DNA of 62,675 nucleotides, filler included, from Choristocarpus tenellus KU-1152 (GCA_964200185.2; 13 parts of 13 records of this genome joined end to end with filler, not necessarily neighbours in it), one strand, 5' to 3'; shown: positions 1 to 14,300, counted from the first letter of the whole stretch. Program-made: numbers and translations. Notes: generated from the sequence alone by a model not told the origin.

Positions 1-59
1 GACATGAAAAAATTGACCCCAAATGGACAGCCGCCACCCCCTCCCAGATAATTTGAGCC
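1..59 (-). mobile_element. MITE family A, partial (terminus at window start)
   Basis: gacatgaaaaaattgaccccaaatggacagccgcc...cccagataatttgagcc is the reverse complement of the A left end seen at 27361, 46523, 57271 and 58992. Confidence 0.85.
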
Positions 60-102
60 GTTGGTCGATAGTCTGGTATTCAGGGGGGTTTGGTTGGGGT
101 AA

Positions 103-360
103 GAGTGAAAGTATCTTAGAGGGTACGAATTTTGCCCTGTTTGTCCATGTGGGGCTTGACTTACCACGGGTTTTTATTGACATTTTACCTATTCATTATG
201 TTTCGGAGTAGGTAAAATGTATACATTATGAAAAGGAATGTCCAGACATGTATATTGACATCTCCTAACAAACATGATAGTCAAAAATTACATCAAAATT
301 GCAACATTGGATTTTGGTTCCCAAATGGACGCGGCTGTACCCTCTAAGATACTTTGGCTC
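103..360 (+). mobile_element. MITE family B, full length (Sola2-like), TSD GTAA
   Basis: TIR GAGTGAAAGTATCTTAGAGGGTAC / GTACCCTCTAAGATACTTTGGCTC; GTAA at 99-102 and 361-364. Confidence 0.93.
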
Positions 361-394
361 GTAAGCGAGGGATATGCTGGAGGTGGAGAGGGTT

Positions 395-1245
395 AGGGAT
401 AGGTTTTTTGAGGAACTTGGGTGTTTTTTTGGAAGATGTCCAGATGAAGGTAGTGTTGGGGTTAGTGGGTTGGGTTGACGACTGTCCATGTGGGTGAGGG
501 GTGGGCCATGTCACGGATTTCGGTCGATTTGGTTTCAAGAGTAACATCAATAATGCATTATATGTGCCTGGTTGTATGCACGTGTCTGTGGCCTTGGGAA
601 GTCTCGAAAATAGAGAGAAATCGTTTAGTGTCATTAAATAATTAATTTCTTTGATTTTGGCATAATGTGACCGATTCCTTGACCGATGACACTACGGTGA
701 AACCATTATGGAAATTTTTTGAAACCATTAGGGAAACGACCTGTTGACAGGCGCACACCTAATTTTGGATGTACATAAAACTTGCAGGTATGGAAGTATG
801 TGAAAGTTTGGTGCAAAGGATTGGTATTCCAGAGCTACGACGCGACAGCAGTATAAGCTTGCTCAAAGTGTGAATATTGAAGAGGAATAATAGCATGAAA
901 CAAGGCTGAACAGTCTTCGATCATCAAAAGCAAGTCGGAAGTGTACCCTCCTTTGGTCGAAAGGTTAGGTCCAGTTTCGAATGTGTTTGTGTTTGATGGA
1001 GAGTAACCGCGGAGATAGTGTTTGTAAAGTATAGATTCCCAAACGGTGTTAACCTGGGATCACCAAGACACACCATAACAATGAAGGAAAAACATGACAA
1101 GGATTCTGATGTTCCCCAACATGGTGCGATTAGGACGATATGCTGTGTTAGATACTGCTTGGTGTTTAAGGCTATCAACCTTGCTTCGCATCAGAAGAAG
1201 AACGGTTTTTGGGGTGACAAGGGTTATCCCACGGGATATTAGTAT
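395..1245 (+). repeat. Dispersed ~850-bp repeat family C, copy 1
   Basis: Colinear with the reverse complement of ~14675-15520 along its whole length (e.g. aaagtatagattcccaaacggtgtt, tcggtcgatttggtttcaag). Confidence 0.85.
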
Positions 1246-3243
1246 CCTCAATTAGCCAACAAGGGCTCGTAGTCATTATAATACTTATATTTGCTACGTG
1301 TACATACTCATGAAACATTTATTTCATGGCAAAAGACCATGGACACCTACCATCACGAACCATTCTACTGTATCTCATCGTTCTCATCATCATTGGATAT
1401 CTATCCGTGGTGCAGAATCTCCATCTCTTGTACAAAAATAATAATCTGATCAGGAGAACAGAGGGTTGTTATATCTGTATGCCGCATGATCAAGGGTGAG
1501 ATACTTGAGCCCTACGAGTATTGCTTTGTGAAAGATTTCAGTTTTTTTTTAGGTCACTAATGAAGCAATAATGATATTGCAAATGCCAAAAACTGTTCAC
1601 TTGTCGATTCGTTTACGATCACACAGACCACTGCCACAACAGTAATATTTCGCCATGAATGGTACTTCGGCGTCCTGGGGTCCTTTGATCATGCTCTAGT
1701 TGCATAGTAGTCGAACAGGTGCACACGAGTACTAGTTTTTGGATGTATTGTGTCACCTCTACCAACAAAAAATGCACGTACCCTTTTTTGTATTTCTCTC
1801 GAAAATCTTCTCCTTTTTCTCAGATGGGCTTGCTTCCATGTCAACAGGACATGGATGGATGATGTGTCAGGCAGGAAAAATACTGTAGTGTAATCCCAAG
1901 GACTGGAACGAACTGCTTGCTACAAGAATTTATACGTAACTTTGATATTTTTTCATTGCAGTAGCAGAAAAGAACGAAGTAATACTTGGATAAAAAGAAA
2001 TAATTTCTTTTAGCTTGATGAAACTTGAGTTCATTCTCAGTCGCTGTATGCTTTGTCTTTGAATCAAGTGAGAAATAGAAAATAGGTAAACAATATAGTA
2101 GATACATACATAAATACATGCATAAATACATACAGCTGAAATACATTGAGTATGGTCTACTGTATTTTCCATGGAGGAGGAGTGGACATCTGAGGAGATA
2201 CATTATGATATTATGAGCACGTAATAGCATTTTTAGAAAGACCCGAGATTACATTTTCTCATGCTGTTGTCAGCACAACTATTTCGCAGGTTGTAATTAA
2301 TAAAAACGAGAAATGCTGAGAGTCACATCTAATCCACCCCAATCCTTCCTCCCTATATCCATCCTCACAAAAACTATAAATCCTAAAGAATTCAACATAT
2401 TTTTACACAGTTTTTATCTCTCCCTGCCACTGAATACACGCACACACACACCGATTCCCTTCATACCCCTTGAAGAATGTGAACTCTCCGTTCATGATGT
2501 TGTTGCATGTAAATTACGTTAGGAACTTGTAGTTCTGATGTGAAACGAAAATATCCTGGAACATCCATCTTGCTGGATATGAATAAAAGCAATGAGAGGA
2601 GTAGTTTGTTTGTGTCATACATATCATTTCGATCCTGCTACGTGGAAGAGCGAAATGCAGAACATACATCAAACATTGCATTTGCAGGCTATCTAGAGAA
2701 TATCCTCGTTTCCTGATTCCTTTTTCTACTAAAATGTAATGAACATTTATACGAAAAAGATGATGGCTTATATCTGCAGTAGTTCCTATTGCTCTGTTGC
2801 CTTGAATAAGTGAGATACAATTTCCCCAAATATCCCCCACCCTACCTCTCGAAAATTCTACCATTATTATCACTAAGCAGGGGCAAAGCAGGAAGCTATG
2901 GGAGCTGAAGGGATTTACCCACACCCGTTAAGGTGGGACTTACATCGTCCTTGTGTGTATGTGTGGAGCATTGAAAAAGTATTGGGAAAACTGAGCATTA
3001 CGTTGAAGAGATCAGACTTATATGTTCACATGAGAGGGCCGAAGGGGGCTGCTTTTCCTCCTCCATAATGTCTTCCGGGAAAACGAGGTTGGCTAAGGGG
3101 TGACTGATACATCATCAACCACTCAATTTACGAAGGAAAACAGTACATATTCTGTGCCCCAAAGAAGATCTTGCTCCACCTCAATGATGTCAATGGTCAA
3201 AGAGGTTTCTCTGGGTTCTGTCTACAGGCAGTGGAAGGAGCAA

Positions 3244-4934
3244 CTACCTACTGGTTGTGACAGTAGTCGGAACACCTCCAATCTGATACTTCCTGTGTTG
3301 TCCTTTGTCCAATTGCATGGCACCCTCCAACGAAAATTTGTTGTTTTCATCCAGATACACTTTCGTACCCTTGGACGGCTTCAGTTTTGACTTCCAATCC
3401 TCGAAGTGCCTTTCACTATTCAAACTCTCATGGATGAGACTGTCGACGTTGCTCTCTGCTCTATCATGGACCCTACTGAGGCCATTGTCGGGGTGCTTCC
3501 CAGGTCTGGCCTCTCGCTTTACACTACAACCTGTTTCATTACTTTGATACTTTAGCGACAGCAGACCAGTCTCAGCATCCTCAATATCAGCTACTAATGT
3601 TTCCCCCAACTTCTTTCCCTTCTCAATATGTTCTTCTTCCTTTCCCTCCTTTTGCTCCTTCTTCTCCCCCTCATATCCTCTTAGTTCCTTTTCATCTTCT
3701 TCCACCGCAACTAAAGGCCCTTGGAATGCCACACCATTGCCACCCTTGACCTTGTCCCAGTCCGACATTTCCACGCATGCTTGATTCTGCGAGATGTTGG
3801 TACTTTCTTCTTCATCTTCTTCTTCTTCCAGAATCCCGTGCATTCTTTTGATATGTGGGATGGATTCTGTCACACCACCAGGAATGTTCGCCTGATGTAG
3901 AGAAATAGGGATGGAGATGTGGGGGTTATAGTATGTAGAGGGGGAGGTAGGACTCCCAAAAGTTGGTATTGGATATGAATTTCATGTGTCAGAGTCAGGT
4001 GTATCGGTATGGTGAACAGTAGACCTACTCTCTCGGGGTCCATGGGCTGCCAGATAGCTTGGATTGTATGATGCACTTTTTTCCAAGCGTGATTAGCACT
4101 CCTCTTGTCCAAGATATTCACCTCCATTATTTTGTAGGAAGTCATCTTCAACGTTTCAACATCAGCGCATTCTTGCATCCATCTCTAACTTCATTCCATC
4201 AAGCCAGAACATAAAATCTTGAATAGTGGAAAAGAGGGAAGAAAATCCACGATCAGATTCGTCAACCCGAACCAAAGCCGTGTAGAACCCTAGGTAGTTG
4301 ACACATCACGATAGGTATGATTTTATTTTTCCTACCAAAGAATCTTTAAGCAACTAGCTTGCTTAGGAATCCACTCATGCATTGCTTCTCCTGGGTGAGG
4401 GATACAACCTTGCAGAGGGTCCTGCTTCCCCCCTCTGCACCTACACCGACTACTCAGCATAGTGACAGAAAGAGAAACAACTAGATAGAAAAATGATCCA
4501 ATTCGCATCGAAATTTCATTCCTGAGGGAAAAAAGAGAACAAATACTATGGCATGATGATGTCCAGTTCCTGAAGTTTTCATATTCTAGGAACCCTCCTC
4601 CCACTTCCATGTTTGCCTAATGATGAGCACATGTGGCCCTGCGTTCCATCTATTATTTTCTGTTTGCCCTCGTCACTTTTGGAGTAATTCTGGATGAGAT
4701 GCAGGTGATCTGGGGCATCGCAAACTCTTCGCAAGGGTCTGTTGTTTTGCTTAGCCCCAGGAACAGAAAAAAATGTAAATACCTCAGGCTGGGTTGGTCA
4801 ATGCTACTCACCACTTGCTGTTTTGCTGTTTTCTTAACTTCCTTGTCTGCCTGAAGGACAATCACCATCTGGATAAAAGCAGCTAAATCAATCTCACCAT
4901 TGTGTGCACAGATACTATCTGCACGCTTCAACAC
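3244..4934 (-). CDS. Exons of an uncharacterised multi-exon protein: EF-hand-like NGEIDLAAF exon from 4934 and a Glu-rich exon at ~3244-3891
   Basis: cag|GTG acceptor at 4934; 209-aa E/K-rich ORF preceded by a catcag acceptor; further candidate exons at ~4335-4441, 2845-2872 (DNNGRIFER) and 2520-2637. Exon chain not fully resolved. Confidence 0.4.
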
Positions 4935-4974
4935 CTGCCGTCCGTTCAGAGAGAGAGGGTAGGGGGGGAGGTAG

Positions 4975-5074
4975 NNNNNNNNNNNNNNNNNNNNNNNNNN
5001 NNNNNNNNNNNNNNNNNNTTAATTAATTAANNNNNNNNNNNNNNNNNNNNNNNNNNNNNNNNNNNNNNNNNNNN
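4975..5074. other. Artificial contig-joining linker N44-TTAATTAATTAA-N44. Identical linkers at 11017, 15721, 18926, 23398, 27554, 31418, 34351, 37062, 43405, 47479 and 56063; separate 10-N gap at 39361-39370
   Basis: Identical 100-bp spacer with stops in all six frames occurs 12 times, so adjacent pieces are not necessarily neighbours in the genome. Confidence 0.98.
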
Positions 5075-7690
5075 CAGCTGCTTCCATTTGGACTGCAGTT
5101 TCACCGTGCTCCTACAGACAATGACCGGGGAGGTTACTGCAGCCAATGGGAGGCAGCAGGCCTTTTGGGACCACCTGTAGGACCGTCACAACTAAAATTA
5201 ACCTTGGAGCGTCGGGCAGTGGATGGGGCCACAACAATCACATCTGAGCTTGTCTTGAAGCCAAAGACCCCTAAGGGCAGGCTCTGCCAGCTCATGTACA
5301 AGGTGAGTACTTTGTGTGTGGTGTCGGGGGAAGGGGAATGGTACGTTTTCTAATCTCTGAAACCCTAATCCTGTGGGTGAATCCTTTCTATTGTGAAAGG
5401 TTTGGTTTGGTTGGGTGTTGCCTGCATTCTCTTTTACAGGTCCAGCTGCTCCTAATGAATTTCTGATGGATTTACAGGGAAGGCAAGAACGCCCTTGTGA
5501 AGTGACATATATATGCCACTGTTTATACGTGGGGAGACAAAAGGCTCTCGCTTTGAAAAAATTGCAAGTGTGACTCCAGTGCAGCTCATGAAACCTCCTC
5601 CCCCATTGAGTATGTGTACTTTTGATCTGTCTAAATTCTTCCCGTTTCTGAAGCCATTCCCTCATTCCCTCTCATTCACCCTCATTCGCCCTCAAGTCTC
5701 TCAAGTCTCTCACGCCCTACTTTTCCAGTGACAATAAATTTCTACACGGCTAGCTCTAACCCATGAAATATGGCTGTATGTGATATAGATGGTGAGGATG
5801 CATGAATGACTTTAATGACATGTGTGTGCAATCACACTCAACTTCTTGATGACCAACAAGATTTTCTGTCCTCACCTCTATGCTTCTAATAGTATCATAC
5901 CTACAAACACACCTTACACACCAAACTTCCCAACTCCATATATACCAACTCCATCTCCGACCCTCTCCTTTGCCGCTGCTGCCACAATGTAGGTTCGAGC
6001 CTTCTGGCATGAGGCGGAGGTGGAGGTAGCAAAGGCAGGTGCCTTGGTTGAGGATGACACCAAGGTGAGTGGAAAGCAGCATACATCACCACCCTTGCCA
6101 CCAAGCATGACCCTCCAGGGACTTAAGCCAGATGAAGTTGCCTATGTGAGGGGGTTGGCAGCTGCCTGGCGATTAGGGCATGCTGCCGAGGATGACATGG
6201 GTTCCCCTCCTGGTAGGGGGGGAGTGAGACTATGACTGCCACCGGCACGTCTTAACTCCACACATGACTTGACCGTGGGGATTTGCGTTGCACCGGAGAC
6301 TGCTGGAGGGGGAAGAGATGATGGAAGCAACACACAAGTGGAAGGAGGGGAGGCGACTGGGGATGCATGTGGAGGTGAAGACAATGGCAGCAGTTTTGAG
6401 GGGGGAGAGATGACGTGCAAGATGATATACAAAGTGCTTCCCTGTGGGGCAATCACTGTGGATTTTGCGATGTGTCCATGCCAGAGCATCACTGGCCTGT
6501 GATCCCAAGGTGAGGTGCTGCTTGCATGTGATATGTGGCCTCCTTCCCCCTGAGGTAAATGGTTTGAACCCCACCTTGTGGTTCAGTGAAAGAGTTGTTG
6601 GAGTCGGTGTAGGGTCCAGTCCTATCAGGAAAATAAATCGGACTGAATAAATGATATACTTGGTATGTAATTACAATCTTACCAAATTGGAAGGGTTAAG
6701 ATGTATTATTATTGATTCAAACTTGTTTTTGTTGTAACTCCTCAAACTAACTGACCAATGAGAAGGCTAAATCAATAATGGTACATTTTTTCCCGTTAGG
6801 ACTACGACCATGGTGCAATTAGCCCTAACTCTATCCCCAAAACCCGATCAACAAGACGATATATACTATTTATGGTAGTTAACTTCCGTAGCACTATTAG
6901 CAGTGCTACCCTCAAGCACACCAAAGTTTTCTCAGAATCCTTCAATATACAGATGGAAAGATGTAGGTAATCTAATGTGTAGTTTTATCAATTGCCTTCT
7001 TTGTTCTTAATTTCCTTGATGTCCCCTCCCCCTACCCATGCCCTCTCTCTGTGCTGCCCTTTTGTCGGAAGGGTGGGCATCCGTGCCCTCCTAGCAAGGG
7101 GGTTTGAGGGATTGGATGGTTTGGACGAGGACCCCACGAGAACTACCCGGACCGAAACAAATTTGCTCCTGTCCGCCAATATATACCTCTTCAGCAGGGG
7201 CCCAATTCACCCCTAATATTGTCCTATTTTGCACACTATATACGTCCAGGGGAATGTGGCAGTAGAAGTGATACGCGTTGGGTAGAGATTAGCAAGCCTC
7301 TGACATCCACTAACACTCTCTCGAGCACAGGTGATGACTATGGCTCAATCAAAAGGAAAGTAAGGGGAACCAACAGAGGGTGTGGATGAGGAGATGCAGG
7401 CAGATGGTGAGCCACAGAGCACACAATCATCGGGGACATACCCATCTATTCTATTTTGCATCCCTGGTAGGGGAAGGTTCTGCTTCAGTGCCTTGCCCCA
7501 CCTAGCTGAGGATCTGGCCTCCGCAATACATCCTGAGGACCTACTCAAACGCCCCTGGACAACTCTGAACCTGGATCATCGCCTTATGGGCGTAGGGGGG
7601 GATGACTCCTGGACTGCCTGTGTGCATGATGACTACCTTGTGCACCCTGGGAGGTTCGCCTTCTGATTTTCCCTTGCAGCTTATTGGCGT
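5075..7690 (+). pseudogene. GH2 beta-galactosidase (LacZ-type, C-terminal small-chain domain) pseudogene; exons ~5075-5302, 5993-6509, 7072-~7690
   Basis: Motifs FHRAPTDND..W..AGL, IPR|VG, WFGRGPHENYPDR, YIRPGECGSRSDTRW and LNLDHRLMGVGGDDSW; phase-compatible GT-AG introns; in-frame TGA at 6233 and frameshifts near 6465, 7115 and 7180-7240. Confidence 0.88.
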
Positions 7691-8518
7691 GGGGTTGTAG
7701 CGACAGCAGATGGGGGAATGGAGGGAAGGGGGAAAACAAAGGAGGGGGAGGGGAAGGAGGGGAGTGCCAGCAAGGAGGCTCCTCCAGTTTGGCGTAGGCT
7801 GAGGAATGCAGCAGTAGGTGGTCGAAGTGGTGGTGATGGTGGGAGATGACTCTACTGAATACGTATTAGTAGCATGTAACCTTCATGGGGTGTGTGTGGA
7901 ATGATGTGTGTTACAAGGGTGGAGTGGGGCCTTCGTGAAGTGGCGTGCTTAAGGCTGACTTTATTGCGGGTATATATCTGTCTATCTGTCTTTCAAATCA
8001 TTGGAGCTTTGTTTTACCTTTACTTTCCCTTTGGTGTACCGAATGGGTGTGCTGAATTTGGCCAACACGAAGAAATGGTTGCTTAACTACTAGTATATGC
8101 TCCATTCTTCAGTGCCACCATGTCAATGCAGCTTGCACCGACTGTGCGCTTTGAACTATACATAGTATGCATGTCATGGTGACAAGTTACACCAGAGTTG
8201 AGATATATTTGAGGATATCTCTTCTTTTTGCAGTTAAATTTGGATGGAGGTTATTGAGTGTTTGGATTTTCTATCCACTAGGAAAAATTGGTGGACTGTA
8301 AGAGGAAGGTGTGATGCGAACTCTGAATATCTTATGGATGACAAATTATTGTTTAAGTACAAAATATAGTAGAGGTTAGTCCACATTATTATTGATGGTA
8401 GAAATGTTCTAATCATCTACTATAATGAAGCTGCTGAACAATCAAATAATATCCTATTGATATAGGTCAAGAGTAAATAAAAGAGGTAACAAATCACGAA
8501 GATGATCTCCCGACGTCG

Positions 8519-8565
8519 GAGTCAAAGTAAGCGAGATGTACGCAGAGTTGCAACGTGGTGTACAA
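8519..8565 (+). mobile_element. MITE family D, left-end fragment
   Basis: gagtcaaagtaagcgagatgtacgcagagttgca matches the D left end at 29819 and 59317. Confidence 0.6.
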
Positions 8566-9875
8566 TTGTAAATGTTGTGTAACGACTCATAATATCCTAG
8601 AGGGGGGTTAGGTGTCCATTCAGTTCCATTCAGTGCCGGTGTTGAGGTTGTGTGGTGATTTTCGTGTCATCTGAGTGAAAGTGTCAGACGTAGGGGCAAT
8701 TTCCTTCATCTAAACGCCCCTTCCTTTCCCATCCCCAGCCTGAACCAAATCCAACGGAAAATACTCGCAAAACGGTTATCAAGCCGGTGTATCTTACAAC
8801 ACCCTCTTTAAGTTCCGAATAGACAAAGTGGGACAAACATCCCCTCTCTCTCTAAGATATATTATGGTACCCCCTTTCTATATGTATTCCAACCATTTTC
8901 CTAACTTTTTGGGGATGATGTTGTTGGCATAGAAAGTGATTTATTTTATTTTATTTTGTATGGCAGACCCTGACCCGAAATACTGTCGTTAGTTCTAAAT
9001 TCCCTATTGAACACTTTATAGGTCAAATTCACACAGAGATCTCACAGCTGCACATATCATGTACTGATTCAAAACTCATTTTCCAGGTGTCGGAAGGTCA
9101 GATGAAAGAAAGTCCTTTAACCCCATATCGACCTCGTGCGACACTCTCATGTTGTAGTTCGCAAACGTTTTCGTAGGAGGACGATTGCCTAGGAACCATT
9201 TTAATCGCACTAGGAAGTATGACAGCGCGAACAGAGAGAGCAAGCAGTGCCAACATAATGACGAACATCGCTTTTCTAAGGATGCCAGGCGCGAAATTAG
9301 CCAAATATCCGCTGGGGATACTCGTCTACCCCACCCATACGTGATAGTTCAAAGTACTATACTACGCAGTCTCGACGTAGTAGCTGTATTTTTGTCTAGA
9401 TCATAAACAAGGTGATAAGGGAGGAGTGTTGTATGTTCTTGATGAGGAGTGATATTTTATTTTGTTTCCGCGCGCGCCATGTACTTGAAGTATGTCAGGC
9501 TTGTTTTGGCCGTTAGGCATTTTCTCTTGTATCCACTACAACAAGAACGCCTCTTTCACTCATCAATACTCACACTCCCTCCCCCCGCCCCAAGAAACTT
9601 AATCACTACTGACTATCATATCACTCCCACTACAACTCGGCATCAATAGTCTAACAGCCACGACGTATTGTGCGCATCGCTGAACTGTTGCTACTGAGGA
9701 GAAGAAACTCGACGACCACACCCTCCATTATCTATCATAATAATAAATATGGAATCATCGTCACCGTCAGTCCTGTCTTCGAGCCTGGCCTCCTATAACA
9801 ACTCCTCTTCTCTGTCCGCTGAAGTCGCAACATCTTCCACATCCGAAAATTCCGAGTATCAGATGGTGGTATGTA

Positions 9876-10216
9876 TGTCACGAGAGTATCTATTATCTGC
9901 TCGATGATACATAAATATACCATGTACTACCACAATGGATATTTGTTTGTTTGCAGATTTACAGTCAACTGCGTCGTAGCTTACCACGACGAGATATCTC
10001 CTAGGTACTGCACAGGGCAGACAATCTGCACCATTGGTTGTTTGTAAGTAGGCATCCGATTTTCTCGTCCCTCTCCTTATCTAAGCCTTTGGCCACGCGC
10101 GTAGAGAAGAGTGTACTGTTAGTAGTAATACCTACTGAGTTGTCGTTTGGTTACAAACCCTCCCCAACGCCCCAAGTACCAGGGTGGGCCCGTCAGGTCC
10201 GGTAGGGTATGTGACA
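9876..10216. mobile_element. Possible solo LTR or short inverted-repeat element (341 bp)
   Basis: TGTCAC...GTGACA ends (inverted repeat extends to GTATGTCAC); no 4-5 bp TSD, only flanking TA. Confidence 0.3.
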
Positions 10217-11344
10217 TACTCTTATTAGGAGAGACTTCTAAATAAATCAGTACTCCTACTATTATATACCATGGCATGATACGTAGATCCCCTCCCCCCT
10301 CCCTTGTTGACTGTTGATGGTTTACGTAGAACAAGGGAAATGTGTTGGATACATGAAACGCCTCCAACGCAGGTGAAACTACAGTACTACTACTGTACGA
10401 TACGACTCTAGGTTCCATTATAGAACTTGGTCAGTAGAGAGTAGTGGTGTGGTATTTCCCTATAGAGGAGACACGTAGCTGAACCTTGATCTTCCATTGC
10501 TATGTGCAAATCCTATCGACAGCAGACACTCGGTCTCCCCACACTGCTTGCGATGTTTCCTCGATTTTTTGCATCACCAGATACCGCACTCCTCCACATC
10601 TCCATCGGAGGACTTGAGTGAAATATCTTCGGTTTCCTCGACACGATCCTCTGTGGTGCGTTTTCGCAAGGTATATGTTGATTATTGGTGTCAGGTCTGG
10701 GCAGATTGAACCTGAGTGCGGTCTTGTCGATGGTTGGGCTACTTCTTTCTCCAGTGTCGTTTGACTTACCTGGCTGGCCCTGGTTGCAATGGCTCCGTTC
10801 GCCGTTCGTGCCACTCCCCTTCTATTCGTCGGGTTGGTCTCTGATTTAGCACCCTGAGTCCTCGCATGCATAATCTATGGAAAAAAAGAAAGGTCGCCAG
10901 ATCGCACCATGTGACTCACCTTCTTCCTTTCTCGACCCCCCAAAAGATGTCCAGGAGAAGAGTGGCAAAGGACGGGTCGTCAGAAGACTTGGTGAATCAG
11001 TGCCTTGAGGTCGCCANNNNNNNNNNNNNNNNNNNNNNNNNNNNNNNNNNNNNNNNNNNNTTAATTAATTAANNNNNNNNNNNNNNNNNNNNNNNNNNNN
11101 NNNNNNNNNNNNNNNNATCGGTGCTTTGCAGCACAATCACACCTATCCATAACATAGACTACGCAAATCACTCACTCATCAGTGCTTTGCAACCCCATGA
11201 TTCCTCATCGCTAATAGTCTACGCATTTCGCTTACATGTACGATGCATTTGATTCAAGTTTCAACATCTTGTGTATCGACTCTCAATAAGAATTACCATA
11301 TCCGATCATTTTCAAATCCTTCTGTCTTTGCTAAGTTTTTCCAG

Positions 11345-14300
11345 GTTCTAATACCTTACTAGAAATAGACAGGTCAAATATTTTGGAGAAATGCCATTTG
11401 CCAGATAAGATTCAACTCTTGGTGAGAAACTACGAACAGTGATTGACATAGAAGAAGTAGGGCAGCAGATATTTTGGTACTACATGTTTCCGGCATACGA
11501 AATTGTTCCTATCGGGGCGTGCCCCACGCTTTTTCGCTTGCATCCATTATTGTGTCTTCAGTATACTCCATATAAAGCATGGTTTATATCTGAAGACGGA
11601 TCAATCCCGATCATTGAAAAGTGAAGACAATTGAGCTATATCACAAGGTATTATCGATTCTGATACGAGGAAACTACAAAGGCGTGGATGAGAACTAAGA
11701 ACCTGTGTTGCTGAGTGATCGTTTTGCATGTAGTATACATGCATGCGTTTAATGGATGTTGCCTGTAGTTAGTGCACAGTCCGATGTTTATGAGGAGGGA
11801 TCCATATTGTTCTCACACTGGGCAGTGACTATTGCTGCCCTCACTTGTTTTGTTTTCCAGTCCTTACACCAAATCATTTCCCACTGTCCGAAAACACTGT
11901 ATCCTCTTCCCTCCTTTTGTAGGTCCAGAAGCAGACCAGGATGCTGTACTTTACACGAATGTGCAACGATGTCCTGGCTGTAAAAGGCCCTTCCATCCTT
12001 GGAGAGGACACTCCTCAGGGCTGTAAATGGAACGACATCGTGGAGTCAGCCGCTCATGTATTTGCGGAAGGCAGCTAAAAAGTTGTCAACTGACACGCTC
12101 TCCCTGTCCTACATGGTTGGGAAAGAAACCTTTCCGGAAGAATGGGTAAGCCCCGGATTTTCACAGGAATCGTCTCTAACCCTATACACACATGCGTATA
12201 GCGATACCGATTACTCCGCTTCTCACTGTATCATCCAAAGTACAAGTACAACGACTTCCAACACTCACAACATACGACTTCTGTCCTTGGCTACTCCGTA
12301 TGCACTTCCCCTATGTAGTTCTCTACTACACTAAGTGGTGTCCGCACCAAGGAGGAACGCGGTATCATCAAGACCAAGAAACTCTCTTCTAAAGGGAAGA
12401 AGAAGATTATTCATCACGCAGAAAAGGAGACCAGCGTCTCTTCCCCTGTGAGGAACGAACTCCCTTTAGCGACAGCAGAGCAGGAATTGGCATTTACAAG
12501 GAGGATGCACATGAAAAAAATATTCATTGAGCAGGCTGTACTCGAGGTGGGAAGGAGGTTACTGTTGAAGAATGTGGAGGGCGATGACTTCTTCAAAATT
12601 GTCCAAGGCTCCAAGGGTGTTGCACCTCCCAACGGCGTAAGAAGTGAAGGCAAGCAAGTGTAAATAAACGTTTCATGACATGATGATAAAGTAACCAGCG
12701 ATAGGGGAGCAGGGAGCAATGAGTTCTTTGTTTCTTTTCTAGTGAACTTGAGTCGTCAGACCTTAGATTGCTTATAGTCGTAAGTGCCATGGTGCATTAA
12801 AACCCAATCCCATTTTCCATATGAAATGGTAAATATCCTCAAGAGGTCAATTGCTGAAGATATTCCGCACCATGCATGACAATGGTATGATAGCGGGGGG
12901 GAAGAACACCCTCGTATTTACTGGCGTCGTTTGTAAATGTTGCACACTTCCATACAAAGTCCCAAATGAATTCGGTTTATGGTGCATTGTACGTGTTTTA
13001 ATATCCATTGTTTCTTTTTTGAGTTTTGATAACCCGTACAACTGACACACACCAGATATGTGACCACCTCTTCTCCTGACTTTATCGCCACACCACTCCA
13101 GATTCGAGGTGTGCCACCTGGGTAGTCATCTCGCCAGGCAACACCATTTGTGGGTGCATGACATGGACGACGTATGGGCCAAGCTTAGGGGTTCATTCAA
13201 CGCTGGCTTGTCCTCCCTGCTTCTACAACCGGGGGGAGTGGTACATGCTTACGCTATGCTGGAGGGGAACCGTGACCCCGAGATAGAGAAACGCTATGCA
13301 CGTGAGCTGTCCAAATCATGAGCTAAGTTCTGGGCAGAGCAAAAGTGCGCAGAAGAACAGGACGGAGGACTTAGTAGCGCTCTAAACGCGCCAGGGGGTG
13401 TCCAGGTCTCCCATCTACGATTGCGTAATGACAGTGACGTCGGAGAAAGTGACTTGGGATCAGTTCTGAGCGGGTGGAATGCAGATTCGGATGATGAAGA
13501 AATGTCCGAAACACCGACAGGATCTTGGATGACTCCGACACATAGCGTCAAGTCAGTCCTGGATGATGAAAGCAATGGCGTATCTGCTGGAAGCGAAGAG
13601 GGTGGTGTTGAAGAGGTTGATCCATACTGTCGATCTCCTCCTGGTAAGAGACAAAAGTCTTCCGGAGGTGTTGGGTGTGTTAGGGGTTCCGGATCTATAC
13701 AGAGCTCAGGTTCTGAGAAGTACGTCCCCATTCGCAAGGGGAAAGGAACGCCTGTAACCCTCCCAGTATCCTTGCTGGAGAATATCTTCTCTACTGTACG
13801 TAGCAGTGGGGAGGTAGCAGCCATCAATACACCATCGGACGTGAAGAGGAGTGATGCGGACTTGGCGGACAGTGATGATGACCTGCCCATGTCTGAGGAT
13901 GGTAAGTTGAACATCGGAATGACAGATCGATTCCTTGAGGCTCGCGCAGAGGAAATTCTCCACTTGGTAATCCTATCCTCATCAACATACTATCGTGTGC
14001 AAACCTGTGTCCTTCAACAGCTTATCTATGACTACGGAATTAGGTTGATGCCGGCTGGCAAAGCTGCTGGTCTCTTTTTCCTGGAGGGTAACTACTCCGT
14101 GCACAAAGGAATCCTCAAAGGCTTGTCATGGTGTGGGTAATAACAAGAGGACGCTGTGTGCCCAGGACAAAGAAGCGCTCGCTCGGAGAAAGCTATGTTC
14201 CTCGATTGTGTCGAGGCAGCACTGTGGAATAACAAGTACTCCTCCTCCCTAAATCTTTGGCATGTGTTGACTGAGATTTATCGTAAGCTTATAGATTGGT

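Noticed and set aside
23-1251. Short ORFs such as MDSRHP, MDSRQP and MIALNT
   Set aside because: They lie within MITE or repeat copies and are not conserved in frame between copies
5019-5030. Recurrent TTAATTAATTAA palindrome
   Set aside because: Always centred in 88 Ns; an artificial six-frame-stop linker, not biology
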